Source of the DNA: an uncultured Chloroflexia bacterium
Lineage (GTDB): Bacteria; Chloroflexota; Limnocylindria; Limnocylindrales; CSP1-4
Assembly (NCBI GenBank): GCA_963763775.1
Contig: CAVXPZ010000001.1
Coordinates: 1,376,001-1,440,000 of the forward strand
Length of the DNA stretch: 64,000 nt
Direction of reading: 5' to 3'
Shown here: one piece after another, positions 42,899-54,423 of the stretch
Numbering within the stretch: the stretch's first letter is position 1
Layout: each line of letters begins with the position of its first letter
Notes under the pieces: generated by a model
The model's input: the letters and a program-made list of their open reading frames with translations, nothing else
Database searches by the model: none
Told to the model about the DNA's origin: nothing
Translations under genes and position numbers: made by a program

Positions 42899-45054
42899 TT
42901 GGCACCGCGGATCTCGCTGGCCCTCGCGTTCCATAACCACCAGCCCGTCGGGAACTTCGGCTGGGTGTTCGCCGACGTCTACGAGCAGGCCTACCTGCCG
43001 ATGCTCGAGGCGCTCGAGCGCCACCCGAGCGTCCGAGTCTCGCTGCACTACACCGGCCCGCTCCTCCAGTGGCTCGAGGCCGAACGCCCGGAATTCATCG
43101 AGCGACTCCGCGCCATCGCGTCGCGCGAGCAGGTCGAGATCCTCGGTGGCGGCTATTACGAGCCGGTCCTGGCATCGCTCCCCGAACTCGACCGGATCGG
43201 GCAGCTTCGCCGGATGGGCGACGAGCTGGAGACCCTGTTCGGCCGCCGCCCGAAGGGCGCGTGGCTCGCGGAACGCGTGTGGGAGCCCGACCTGCCGACG
43301 TCGCTCGTCGCGGGCGGCTACGGCTGGACGATCCTCGACGATGCGCACTTCCGGGCGGCGGCGATCCCCGAAGCCGACCTGTGGGGCCCGTACTCCACGG
43401 AGGACCAGGGTCACCTGGTCGATGTCTTCGGCACCGAACAGGGGCTGCGCTACCGGATCCCGTTCCGTGACGTCGAGGACGTGATCGGGTACCTGCGGGA
43501 CCACGCCACCGAAGACGGGTCGCGGGTGGGGATGATGGGCGACGACGGCGAGAAGTTCGGCGCGTGGCCGTCGACGTTCGAGCACTGCTGGGGCGGTGGC
43601 CGCTGGGTCGAGCGGTTCTTCGAGGCGCTCGAGGCCAACGCCGATTGGCTGACCACGGTCACGCCGTCCGCGTGGCTGGCCGACCACCGCCCGATCGGCC
43701 GCGTCTACGTCCCGACCGGCTCCTACGCCGAGATGGGCGAGTGGGCCCTCCCGGCCGATGAGAGCCTCGTCTACGCCGATGTGCTGCACCGTGCCCAGGC
43801 CGAGGGCCGGCCCGAGGCACGCTGGCTGCGTGGGGCGTTCTGGCGCAACTTCCAGGTGAAGTACCGCGAGATCAACGACCTCCACAAGCAGATGCTGCGG
43901 ACCTCCGAGAAGGTCGCGGCGATGCCCGCGGGCCCTGACCGCGAGACGGCCGTCGATCACCTGTACCGCGGCCAGTCGAACGATTGCTACTGGCACGGCC
44001 TCTTCGGCGGGATCTACATCAGCCATATGCGGCTCGCGACGTACGAGCACTTGATCGCCGCCGAGGATCTCGCCGACACCGCGGCCGGCCGACTCGACGC
44101 GGCCGAGCGGCTGGACCTCGACATGGACGGCTTCGAGGAGCTCCGGCTCGCCGACCCCCGGGCAGGTCGTGACGGTCGACCTCAACGAGGGCGCCGGGAT
44201 CGGTTCCTGGGATATCCGCGCCGCCCGACACGCCGTGAACGCCGTCCTGCGCCGACGACCCGAGGCCTATCACGAGACGCTCCGTGCCTCCGAGGCGACG
44301 GCCGCGGCTGACTCCGCGGACGGCGCCGATGGAGGGTCCGCGTCGCCCGCGTCGATCCACGACGTCGTGCGCGTCAAGGAGCCGGGCCTCGTCGAGAAGT
44401 TGCGCTACGACGACCACGAACGCCGCTCCGGCCTGACGCGCTTCCTCCGCCCGGACGTCACGCCCGAGGCCTGGCCCGACGGCGCCGGCCTGGAACTCGG
44501 CGACGCGGTGGACCGCGCGTTCGACCTCCTCGAGCTCGCACCCGGCCGCGCCGTCGTGCAGCGAGACGCCACGGTGGCGGGCGAGGGCCGGGTCCGGGTC
44601 ACGAAGACCATCCGACTCGGCGGCGGCCGATCCGATCCCTCACTCGAGTTGCGCGTCGAGCTCGAGAACACCGGGCCGACGGCCGTCGTGTCGCGCTTCG
44701 GCATCGAGTCGACGACGACGATGCTCGGCGGCGGCGGCAACCCCGCCGCGTGGTGGGAGGTGGCGGGGCCGCGGACGTCGCACGACTCGGGCGGCTCCGC
44801 CAGCGACGTTCGCGGCTTCTCGCAGGGCAACTCGTACGTCGGTGTCAGGATCGCCACGTCGGTGTCGGAGCCGGCCGACGCGTGGTGGGCGCCGGTCGAC
44901 ACCGTGTCGAATTCCGAAAGCGGGTTCGAGCGCGTCTACCAGGGCAGCGGGATGCTGCTGTCATGGCCGCTGCACCTCGAACCCGGGGCCCACTGGGCCG
45001 TGACGGTCGCCAACCTCGTGACCGTCGGCCCCGATCGGGTCGTCCGAGGCGTGA
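42899..45054 (+). CDS. GH57 4-alpha-glucanotransferase/alpha-amylase (DUF1925/DUF1926 type), indels near 44158 and probably near 45030
   Basis: HNHQPVGN, WLAERVWE, GDDGEKFG.WP, QSNDCYWHG.FGG, SNSESGFERVYQG; a GTGA overlap at 45051-45054 marks the likely end. Confidence 0.88.
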
Positions 45055-46411
45055 CCCGGCCGCGCCTCGTCGTCCACGGGCACTTCTACCAGCCATCGCG
45101 GATCGACCCGGCGACCGGTCTCATGCCCCCCGACCCCACGGCCGGTGACGCGGGCGACTGGAACCGGCGCATCGCCGCCGACTGCTACCGGCCGAACGCC
45201 GACCTCGGCAACTACGCGCGGATCTCGTGGGACGTCGGGCCGACCCTGTCGGCGTGGATGGAGACGGGTGACCCGGTCGCGTATCGCGGGTTCGTCGACG
45301 GCGACCGCGGCCAGAACGGGCTCGCCCAGCCGTACCACCACACGATCCTGCCGCTCGCGACCCTCGCCGACCGACGGACCGAGGTCCGCTGGGGCCTGCG
45401 CGATTTCGAAGTCCGGTTCGGACGGCGGGCTGCCGGCGTCTGGCTGCCCGAGACCGCGGTGGACCTGGCGACGCTCCAGGTCCTCGCCGAGGCCGGCGTC
45501 GAGCACACGATCCTCGCGCCGTGGCAGCTCGCCGGCGACCCGGACCCGCGACGCCCCTACCGGATCGAGCTCGAGGGCGGACGATCCATGGTCGTGGTCA
45601 TCTACGACGCGGGGCTCTCGACGTCCGTCTCCTTCGAGTCCGATGCGACGGTCGATGCGGACCGGTTCGCGCGCGAACGCATCCTGCCGCGCCTGTACGA
45701 GGGTCCCGACGGGCACGACAGCACCGATGGCGATGCACGCCGCCGTTCGTCCTCATCGCGACCGATGGCGAGCTGTACGGCCATCACCAGGCGTTCCGCG
45801 ATCACTTCCTCGCGCGACTCGTCGACCATGCCGACTTCGGCTTCGAGGTCGTGCCGCTCGCCGACGTGGCCCGGGCGGATCACCCGCACCTCGCGCCGGC
45901 GACGCTCATGGAGCGCACGTCGTGGAGCTGCCACCACGGGATCGAGCGGTGGGCCGCGGCCTGCGACTGCGTCCCCGATGGTTCCTGGAAGCGGCCGCTG
46001 CGAGCGACGCTGGACCAGCTTGCGGCCGCGATCGACACCGAGACCGAGGCGATCGCCCGCCGACTGGCCGGCTCGCCCGATCCCTGGGCGGCCCGGGACG
46101 ACTACGTCGATGTCGTCATCGGGGCGCTTGACGGGGCGGCGTTCGCGGACCGCTGGCTCGGGCGTGAGGCTCCCGCCGCAGACCGTTCCGCGTTCCTGGA
46201 GCTCATGGACGCGCAGCGCTGGCGGCTCGCGATGTTCGCGAGCTGTGGCTGGTTCTGGGACGTCCCGGAGCGGCCGGAGACGCAAGGCGTCATCCGCGCC
46301 GCCCGATACGCCGCGCGTCGCATCGACGAGCTCGCCGGCACGCAGCTCGAGTCGGATGTCCTCGACGGGCCCGGGAATCCGTCAGCCCGCGGCCTGCGCG
46401 CCACGGGCTGA
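45051..46411 (+). CDS. GH57 family protein (DUF3536 type), indel near 45735
   Basis: HGHFYQP.R, WLPETAVD, ATDGELYGHH, SWSCHHGIERW, MFASCGWFW. Confidence 0.87.
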
Positions 46412-46419
46412 CGAGAGGA

Positions 46420-46443
46420 GCGGGCGTCCAGGGAGACGCCCGC
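46420..46443. terminator. Hairpin between convergent genes
   Basis: GCGGGCGTC-CAGGGA-GACGCCCGC, perfect 9-bp stem. Confidence 0.6.
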
Positions 46444-46466
46444 GGTGTTCGAAAGAGTGGGTCGCC

Positions 46467-46604
46467 CTAGCGGAGCGAGACGGGGTACGAGGGCCGTCGC
46501 GGATCCGACGACTCGTCCCGGCTGTCGACGCCCCAGTAGGTCGCCGCGATGCCGAGAAGGGCCAGCGCGCCCATGATGATCAAGAGGATGATGAGCCCGG
46601 ACAT
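46467..46604 (-). CDS. 45-aa single-pass membrane microprotein, absent from ORF track
   Basis: MSGLIILLIIMGALALLGIAATYWGVDSRDESSDPRRPSYPVSLR*; AAGGCAGG RBS-like sequence, consensus promoter upstream, hairpin downstream. Confidence 0.75.
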   Translation of the reverse strand: MSGLIILLIIMGALALLGIAATYWGVDSRDESSDPRRPSYPVSLR

Positions 46605-46624
46605 TGGGACCTGCCTTACTTGCT

Positions 46625-46679
46625 TGTTATAGTGGACTAGGCCAAGACGAAGATTACTTGGACTATTGGACTATGTCAA
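46625..46679. promoter_or_regulatory. Overlapping opposed promoters with three TGGACTA repeats
   Basis: Minus: TTGACA (46679-46674)-N17-TAATCT (46656-46651). Plus: extended -10 TGtTATAGT (46625-46633). TGGACTA at 46633, 46659 and 46667. Confidence 0.7.
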
Positions 46680-47717
46680 CAGACGAATCGTCCCTAGGAC
46701 CCACCTCGACGACATCGGGCAACGCCCTCGACGTCGAGCGGGACTCGGACGTCCCCATCTCCACACAGATCTACTGGCAGCTCGCGTATCAGATCGATTC
46801 CGGACGCCTGCTGCCTGGCTCCCGCCTGCCCCCGGTCCGGGAGCTGGGCGCCGCGCTGCGAGTCAATCCGAACACGATCCGGGCGGTCTACCGGCGGCTG
46901 GCGGACGCTGGGTACGTCACGAGCCGACACGGTGCCGGCACGCACGTCGCGGACCGGCCACCTCAGCGCCGCGGCACCGAGGCGCTCGCGGGCATCGTCT
47001 CCGAGATGCTTCGTCGTGCGGCCCATGCCGGTTTCACTTCGGACGAACTGGCCGCGGCCACCTTCGCCGCCGCCACCGAGCGCAAGCGGCCCGGACCGCT
47101 CGTCCACGTCCTCTTCACCGAGTGCACGAATGCCGATGCGGGCTACGACGCCGAGCGGCTCGTCGACGCCTTCCCGGGCATGATCGAGGCCGAGGGCGCG
47201 CTGCTCGACGACCTGCCCGAGCGCCTCGAGCGGTTCCACTACGACCTCGTCGCCACGACGACGTTCCACGCCGACGAGGCGCAGGCGCTGGTGGCGGGCC
47301 GCGTGCCCGTGGTGGCGATGCTCGTCGGACCGGGCTACGTGGAGATGGTCCACGAGATCGCCGGCCTGCCCGCGGGGCTCGCGCGTCGGGCTCGTCTGCG
47401 CGTCGGAACGCGGCAAGGACAACATGCTCGAGACCCTGGCCCTGTCGGGCACCGAGGGCGTCGACATCGTGTCGGCGCTGATCGGCGGCGAGGACGAGCT
47501 GGAGCTGGTCGACCGCACCGCCGACATCATCCTGCTCTCGCGCGAGGCGCAGGCCTCGGGGCTGGCTGAGCGCTTCTCCAGGCCCGAGCGGATCCGCTCC
47601 TGGACCTACGAATTCGACCCGTCCGGGCTCGAGTTGCTCCGTCGCGCGATCGAGAACGCCAGCGCGACCCGCCATGCCGACTCGGCGTCCCTCCCCGCCG
47701 AGGTCGCCTCCGCCTGA
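46673..47717 (+). CDS. GntR-family regulator with a long C-terminal domain, indel near 47375
   Basis: wHTH PGSRLPPVRELGAALRVNPNTIRAVYRRL...G.GT.V; C-terminus continues in ORF 47424..47717. Confidence 0.88.
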
Positions 47718-47764
47718 CGTCGCGTGGTCGCTCCGGGCGGATGCGGCCGTGCCATGCTTCGGTG

Positions 47765-50700
47765 ATGCGTGCGTTCCATGTCCAGCGGGCCGCTCGCGAG
47801 CGATACCTGATCGACCGGACGCTCATCGGGGCGAGCGGCGACCTGGTCACGGCCGATGCGGCCGCGATGCGCCGACTGGCCGCCCGGATGAACGCCGCAC
47901 GACCCGCCGGCGCGCCGTCGATCGCCGCCGGTGAGATCGCCGCCCTCGGCCTCATCCATGAGATCGGCCACCTCGTCATCGCGCGCTACGAGGCTGACCG
48001 CCGGCCCGGCGCCATGGCCGTGGCCGTGGCGTCGCTGGACGAGCGTCTTGGCCGCGATGCCACGCGCCTGCTCGACCGGTTCGGCGAGGAGTTCCCCGGA
48101 CGGGGGCCGACGCCCGAACCACCGCCAGCCCGTCTCGAGGAGCTGATCCTCATCCGGGTCGCCAACGAGAACCCGGCCGTTGGCCCGCTCCGCGAGCTCA
48201 TCGACGACCGGCCGCTGGAACGCGCGACGCGCTATCGCGAGGCGATCGCCGGGCTCGAGATCGCCTTCGCGGGCGAGCCGGCGTACGGGCCGGCCGGCGA
48301 GTCGCTCATCGAGCTCCTCCGGACACCGGCCCGCCGCTCGCCAACCTCGCTCGCGGGTCAGCTCCGCTACATCCGGGAGCACTGGGCCGGGATGCTCGGG
48401 GACGCGCTGACGACGCTCATCGCGCGATTGGAGATCGCCCTCGGGGTCATCGCCGAAGAGGAGCGAGCCCTCCATCTACGCTTCGGCGGTGCCGGCGCCG
48501 GGCCGACCGAGGCGCCGTCGTTCAGCGGCGCGGCCGACGAGGTCGAGGCGTTCTCGTCGGATTCCGCCTGGATGCCGCGGCTGGTGCTGATGGCGAAGAG
48601 CACGTACGTGTGGCTCGACCAGCTCTCGCGGGCGCACGGCCGCGAGATCCGGACCCTCGACGCCATCCCGGACGAGGAGTTGGACACGTTCGCGCGCTGG
48701 GGCGTCACCGGACTCTGGCTGATCGGCCTCTGGGAGCGCTCGAGGGCGTCGGAGCGGATCAAGCGGATGCGCGGCAACGTTGATGCCGTCGCCTCGGCGT
48801 ACTCGCTCGACGACTACCGGATCGCGGATGACATCGGTGGCGAGGCCGCGTACGCGGCGCTTCGAGACCGCGCCTGGGCGCGCGGGATCCGCCTGGCGAG
48901 CGACATGGTGCCCAACCACATGGGCATCGACTCGAGCTGGGTCGTCGACCACCCCGAGTGGTTCCTCTCACTCCCGGAGCCGCCGTATCCGGCGTACACC
49001 TTCGGGAGCGCGGATCTCTCGTCGGACGAGCGGGTCGGCATCGTGCTCGAGGACCACTACTGGGACGACAGCGATGCGGCCGTGGTGTTCAAGCGCTTCG
49101 ATCGCCGCTCGGGCGAGGCGCGCTACGTCTATCACGGCAACGACGGCACCAGCTTTCCCTGGAACGACACCGCGCAGCTCGACTTCCTCAACCCGGTCGT
49201 GCGCGAGCAGGTGATCCAGACGATCCTTGCCGTCGCGCGGCGCTTCCCGGTCATCCGCTTCGATGCGGCGATGGTGCTGGCCAAGAAGCACATCGAGCGA
49301 CTGTGGTGGCCGGAGCCAGGACAGGGCGGCGGGATCCCGTCGCGAGCCGAGCATGCGATCCCCAAGGCCGAGTTCGACGCGCGGATGCCCGTCGAGTTCT
49401 GGCGCGAGGTGGTGGACCGCGTGGCCGCCGAGGTCCCGGACACGCTGCTGCTCGCGGAGGCGTTCTGGCTGCTCGAGGGCTACTTCGTCCGGACGCTCGG
49501 CATGCACCGCGTCTACAACAGCGCGTTCATGCACATGCTCCGCGACGAGGACGGTCCCGGGTACCGCAAGGTCATCAAGGAGACCATCGAGTTCGACCCG
49601 GAGATCCTCAAGCGCTACGTCAACTTCATGAGCAACCCCGACGAGAAGACCGCGCTCGAGCAGTTCGGCAAGGGCGACAAGTACTTCGGGGTCGCGACGG
49701 TGATGGCGACGCTCCCCGGACTACCGATGCTGGGGCACGGCCAGGTCCAGGGGTTCGGCGAGAAGTACGGCATGGAGTTCCGCCGCGCGACGCTCGACGA
49801 GCGGCCGGACCCGTCGCTCGTCGAACGGCACGAGCGCGAGATCTTCCCCCTGCTGCATCGCCGGGCGTGGTTCGCGGAGGCGCACGACTTCCTGCTGTAC
49901 GACCTCGTCACGGATGGCGGCGAGGTCGACGAGCACGTGTTCGCGTACTCGAACGGGTCCGGTCCCGAGCGTTCGCTCGTCGTCTACCACGACCGGTTCG
50001 CGACCACGAGCGGGTGGATCCGCGAGTCCGCGTCGTACGTGCGCAAGTCGGCGAGCGGCGCCAAGCGCCTCGTCCGGCGATCGCTGGCCGAGGGCCTCGG
50101 GTTGCCGAACGACCCGACGGCGTTCGTGGCGTTCCGGGACGCGCGGACCGGCCTCGAGTCGCTGCGCTCCTGCCGGGCGCTCTGGGAGCACGGCCTGCAC
50201 GTCTCGCTCGAGGCGTACGAGTACCACGTGTTCTGGGAGATGCGCGAGCTCCGCGACGGGAGCGCCGGCCAGTGGGCGCGGCTGGCGGAGCGCCTCGGCG
50301 AGGGCGCGGTCCCGTCGCTCGAGGGGTCGCTCCGCGAGCTCCAGCTCGAGCCGGTCCATGCCCCGCTCCGCGCGGTCTTCCACGACGGGCTCGTGTCGAC
50401 CGTCCTCGATGGCGGCGCTGCCGTGGCCGACCTTGACACCCTCGAACGCCGGTTCGCGACCTTCCTTGCGGCCGTGGCCGCGGCGACCGGCGTCACCGGC
50501 GATCCCGCGCTCGTGGCCGCGACGGCGCGCCATCGGGCGGTCGCTGCCCTGACCGGTCCCGAGCGACCCGCGGACCGGGCGGATCGGGCGGCCCTGCTCG
50601 CCTGGCTGACGCTGTCCGACATGGGCGCACTGGCTCCTGGCGCCGACAGGGCCGCCACGAGCCGCGCCTGGTACGACGAACTGCGACTTCCGGCGCCGCT

Positions 50701-51158
50701 CGCCACGGGCCTGCGGGATGCCGGGCTCGATGAAGGAGCGGCGTGGTCCGTCGCCGATCAGGTCCGTGTGCTGCTCACCCTCCCCCGCCCGTCGACCATC
50801 GGAGGGCCGTCGCGGACCGCCGATGGGCGCCTGATGGAGCGATGGCTCGGCGACGACGTCATCCGGACCGCCATCGGGGTCAACACCTGGGAGGGCGCCG
50901 AGTGGATCGACCGCGATCGGTTCACCGCCCTGCTCGGCTGGGCCGTCCGCCTCGACGCGATCGAGGGCGTGGCGAATCGCGGACGCGCCACCGGTCCCGG
51001 CCTCGTCGAGCGCCTGACGGCTGCCGCGGAGGCGGTCGGCTATGACGTGCGGCCGCCTGCGAGAGCGGCTCTCGACGGCCGCGACATCCCCGGCGAAGGC
51101 GTCCGCGCCGCTCGCCAGGCGACCGAAGGGCTCCCCGGGACCGAAGCGAGGTCGTTGA
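47765..51158 (+). CDS. Large GH13 alpha-amylase-family protein, probable indel near 51050
   Basis: DMVPNH, IRFDAAM, LLAEAFW, FMSNPDE (conserved regions I-IV); ending at TGA51158 avoids overlap with the convergent gene. Confidence 0.88.
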
Positions 51159-51162
51159 CGCC

Positions 51163-52900
51163 TCAGCCGAACAGCGCCCGCCGGAGCAGGGCCGTCGGCG
51201 GCGACCCGTGGCTGATGGCCGTCTCGAGGTGGTCGCGATACCGGAACCCGGGCGTCGCCCCGAACCCGCCGGGCAGGTCGCGCGGCGGGTCGAGCGAGGG
51301 GTCCCCGGCGGCCCGTCGGCGCGCCTCGAGCTCGATGTCCCAGAACTCCATCGACCCGACGAAGTAGGTCGAGAGCTGCGTCGACGACAGCCGCGCGCGG
51401 CTGTACTTGGCCGTGGCCTCGGACGTCTCCTGGAAACCGCCGTCGACCATGAAGGCGACGGCCTCGTCCTCGGTCATGTCCTCGACGTGGATCCGGTGGT
51501 CGATGATCGCGTTGGTGACCGCGCGCAGGTAGAACTTCCAATGGGCGAGCAGGAGCGCCGGGTCGTCGGCGCCGTACCCCGCGTCCATCATCACCTGGGT
51601 CACGTAGACGGCCCACCCCTCGGCGAAGAGGCCGCTGCCGAAGATCGACCGGACCATCGACGGGCACCGGTTCGCGTAGACGCCCTGGAGGTAGTGGCCG
51701 GGGATCGCTTCGTGGATCGTCAGGACGCGGAGCATCCGCGCGTTGTTCTCGCGAAGGTGGGACTCGCGCTGCGCCTCGGTCCAGTCGTCGGGCACCGGGG
51801 TGATGGCGAAGAACGCGGTCTCGCCGCGGTCCAGCGGTCCCGGCGTGGACAGCATCGCCCAGCCGAACGCCCGCAGGAACGTGGGGGTCCAGCGGATCTC
51901 GAGCGGCTCGTCGGCCAGCCCGATGACGTCGTTCTCGCGGCAGTACGCCTCGATCCGGGCGGTCTCGGCGCGGCACCAGTCGAGCAGGTCCTCCGCCGCG
52001 GGGTGTTCCACGGCGATCGCGTCGAGGACGCCGCGGACGAGCCGCCCGTCGTCGTCCGGGCGAGGGCGATCCGGGCACCACACGGGCCAGAGCTCGCGCG
52101 AGAGCCGGACCATCTCGGCGCGGACCGCCGTGAACTCGCGCTCGGCCGCCGCCAGGATCCGGTCGGGCGTCAGGGCCTCGGAGCGGATCGTGTGGCGCAT
52201 CTTGCGGGCGAACATCGCCTCGCCGAGGCGCGCATCGCCCTCGCTGGCGGGCAGGACGACGTCGCGGAGGTGCGCTCTCGAAGGCAACCAGGGCGGCGCG
52301 CGCGACCTCTGCCGCGGCGAGCAGTCGCGGCGTGACAGCCGCGACGGTCGGGTCAGCGGCCGCATCGGCTGCCAGGGTCAGCGCGTCGTCGATGATCTCG
52401 GGGATCCCGGGGAGTTGCGAGAGCGCGGTCTCGGTCTGGAACCGGCCCACGGGCCGTCCGTCGACCCCGACGAGCGCCGCTGTCGCGCCGTCGAGGACCG
52501 CCGGGATGCCCTCCAGCCGTCCGGCGACCGAGGCGAGTCGGTCGGCGAGCGGGGCGAACTCACGGGCGATGAGCGTGAAAAGGCCATCGCCGAGCAGGTA
52601 GACCCACCAGAGCGGGTTCCACCGTTCCTCGCGAAGGTCGGTCGCCTCGAACCGCTCGGCTTCGAACTCGCCGAGCAGCAGGTCGCGATCGATCGCCTCG
52701 TCCGGCGTCAGCCCGTCCAGGGCCGCGAACGTGGCTTGCCACCGGTCGATGTCGGCGAGGCGCCCCGCCCGGCCGGCCTCGGCCACGTCGGGCCAGGACC
52801 CATCGAACCGGTGGTCGCCGACCGCGGTGGCCGCCACCGGGTTGGCCCGCAGGAACTCGTCGAGGAACGCCTCGAACGCGGTCTCGAAGGCGGTCTTCAC
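51163..52900 (-). CDS. DUF885 family protein (putative metallopeptidase), indel near 52280
   Basis: NPV.AT..G.HRFD, TIHEAIPGHYLQ, FAEGWAVY, QLSTYFVG; split over ORFs 49721..52900 and 51163..52365. Confidence 0.88.
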
Positions 52901-53331
52901 CCGGACACCCCCATGGCGGTGAGGTCGTCGCGGAAGTCCCAGCCACGTGCCTCGGTCGGCTCGATGCGGACGATGATCCCGCGGCGGTCATCGTCGAAGA
53001 ACGCCGCCGCCGCATCGCCGACGTACCGTCCGGCGATCCGCCGGATGTTCGCGCCGTACGGGCGGTCGGTGAGCTCGGCCGTGCCCCTCGCCTCGAAACC
53101 GCGCATCGGGAACCCGCGCTCGGCGACCACCACGGTCACGCGCGGGTCGCGGCGCAGATGCCGGAGCTTCGCGTCCTTGTGGGTGATCCCGATCAGGAAT
53201 CCGCCGTCCTCCCACACGAACCAGACGGGCGAGAGGGCGACCAGGCCGTCGTCGCGCATCGTCGCGAGCGTGGCCAGGTTCGGCTCGTCGAGGAGCCCGT
53301 CGAGCTGGTCCACGGTGAGGTTCCGGTTCAC
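52897..53331 (-). CDS. PPOX-class (pyridoxamine oxidase-like, possibly F420-dependent) oxidoreductase
   Basis: ATLATMRDDG....SPVWF, K.RHLRRDPRVT. Confidence 0.85.
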   Translation of the reverse strand: MNRNLTVDQLDGLLDEPNLATLATMRDDGLVALSPVWFVWEDGGFLIGITHKDAKLRHLRRDPRVTVVVAERGFPMRGFEARGTAELTDRPYGANIRRIAGRYVGDAAAAFFDDDRRGIIVRIEPTEARGWDFRDDLTAMGVSG

Positions 53332-53369
53332 GTCCGCATCGTAGCCGGGCCGGCCGCTACCATCCGTCC

Positions 53370-53966
53370 ATGCCAGCACAGACGTGGGTCGAACCGGTCG
53401 TGCTCGAGGGGTCGCGAGTCCGGCTCGAGCCACTCGAGGCCCGGCATCTCGACGACCTGCGGGCCGTCGCCTTCGACGAGCCGGTCTGGCGCTGGACGAT
53501 CATGGGCCCGCAGGACGACGCGGGTCTCCAGCGCTGGGTCGATACGGCCCTGGCGAACCAGGAGGCCGGCACGGAGCGGCCGTTCGCGACCATCGACCTC
53601 GCCACCGGGCGGGCGATCGGCAGCACCCGGTACATGTCGATCGCGCCCGAGCACAAGCGCCTCGAGATCGGCTGGACCTGGATCGGCGTCGCCTACCAGC
53701 GGACGGGGATCAACCGCGAGGCGAAGCTGCTCCAGCTGACGCACGCGTTCGAGACGCTCGAGGCGAACCGCGTGGAGTTCAAGACCCACGCCCGCAACGA
53801 GCGGTCACGCAACGCGCTCAAGGGCATCGGCGCCACGTTCGAGGGCGTGTTCCGCCAGCACGTGATCATGCCCGACGGGTCATTGCGGGACTCCGCGTGG
53901 TTCAGCATCATCCCGCCGGAGTGGCCGCTGGTGAAGGCCCGGCTGCAGGCTGGCCTCGGGTCGTGA
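53370..53966 (+). CDS. GNAT N-acetyltransferase (RimJ/RimL family)
   Basis: IGSTRY, LEIGWTW, QRTGIN.EAK, RVEFKT..RNERS, GA.FEG. Confidence 0.9.
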   Translation: MPAQTWVEPVVLEGSRVRLEPLEARHLDDLRAVAFDEPVWRWTIMGPQDDAGLQRWVDTALANQEAGTERPFATIDLATGRAIGSTRYMSIAPEHKRLEIGWTWIGVAYQRTGINREAKLLQLTHAFETLEANRVEFKTHARNERSRNALKGIGATFEGVFRQHVIMPDGSLRDSAWFSIIPPEWPLVKARLQAGLGS

Positions 53967-54039
53967 TGGCGACGGAGCGCGATATGCTCGGGGCCGATCC
54001 GGCGTCCGGCGCCGGCATCCAGGCAGCGGAGGACCGCGC

Positions 54040-54423
54040 GTGAAGGGCTTCATCATCGGGACGCTCGCGACGGCGCTCACCTTCGCGATCGTGTCGTACG
54101 TGCTCCCGCAGATCGACTACGGCGGCCAGATCGGCGGCCTGCTCGTGGTCTCCCTGATCGCCGGCGTCGTCAACGGCCTGCTCAAGCCGATCCTCAAGAT
54201 CCTGTCGCTCCCGTTGAACCTCATGACCCTCGGGTTGTTCGGGCTCGTGATCAACGCCGCGCTGCTGCTGCTCATCGCCTGGCTGTCGGACCTCATCGGG
54301 GTCACGTTCACGATCGCCGACTTCCCGCCCGACTTCACGCTCGAGACGCTCAAGATCGCGTTCATCGGTGGCGTCGCCATCAGCATCGTCGGCTCGATCG
54401 TCGGTCAGGTGGTCCACGACTGA
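54040..54423 (+). CDS. 4-TM phage-holin-like (YvlD-type) membrane protein
   Basis: GVVN..LKPILKILSLPL..MTLGLF.LVINA; GGAGG RBS. Confidence 0.85.
   Translation: MKGFIIGTLATALTFAIVSYVLPQIDYGGQIGGLLVVSLIAGVVNGLLKPILKILSLPLNLMTLGLFGLVINAALLLLIAWLSDLIGVTFTIADFPPDFTLETLKIAFIGGVAISIVGSIVGQVVHD

Noticed and set aside
44169-46640. Apparent fusion of the two GH57 genes
   Set aside because: The GTGA overlap at 45051-45054 and a typical N-terminal HGHFYQP start suggest two genes, though a real fusion is not fully excluded without reads.
54040-54423. Holin as evidence of a prophage
   Set aside because: This 4-TM family is common in chromosomes, and no endolysin, capsid or integrase genes are nearby.
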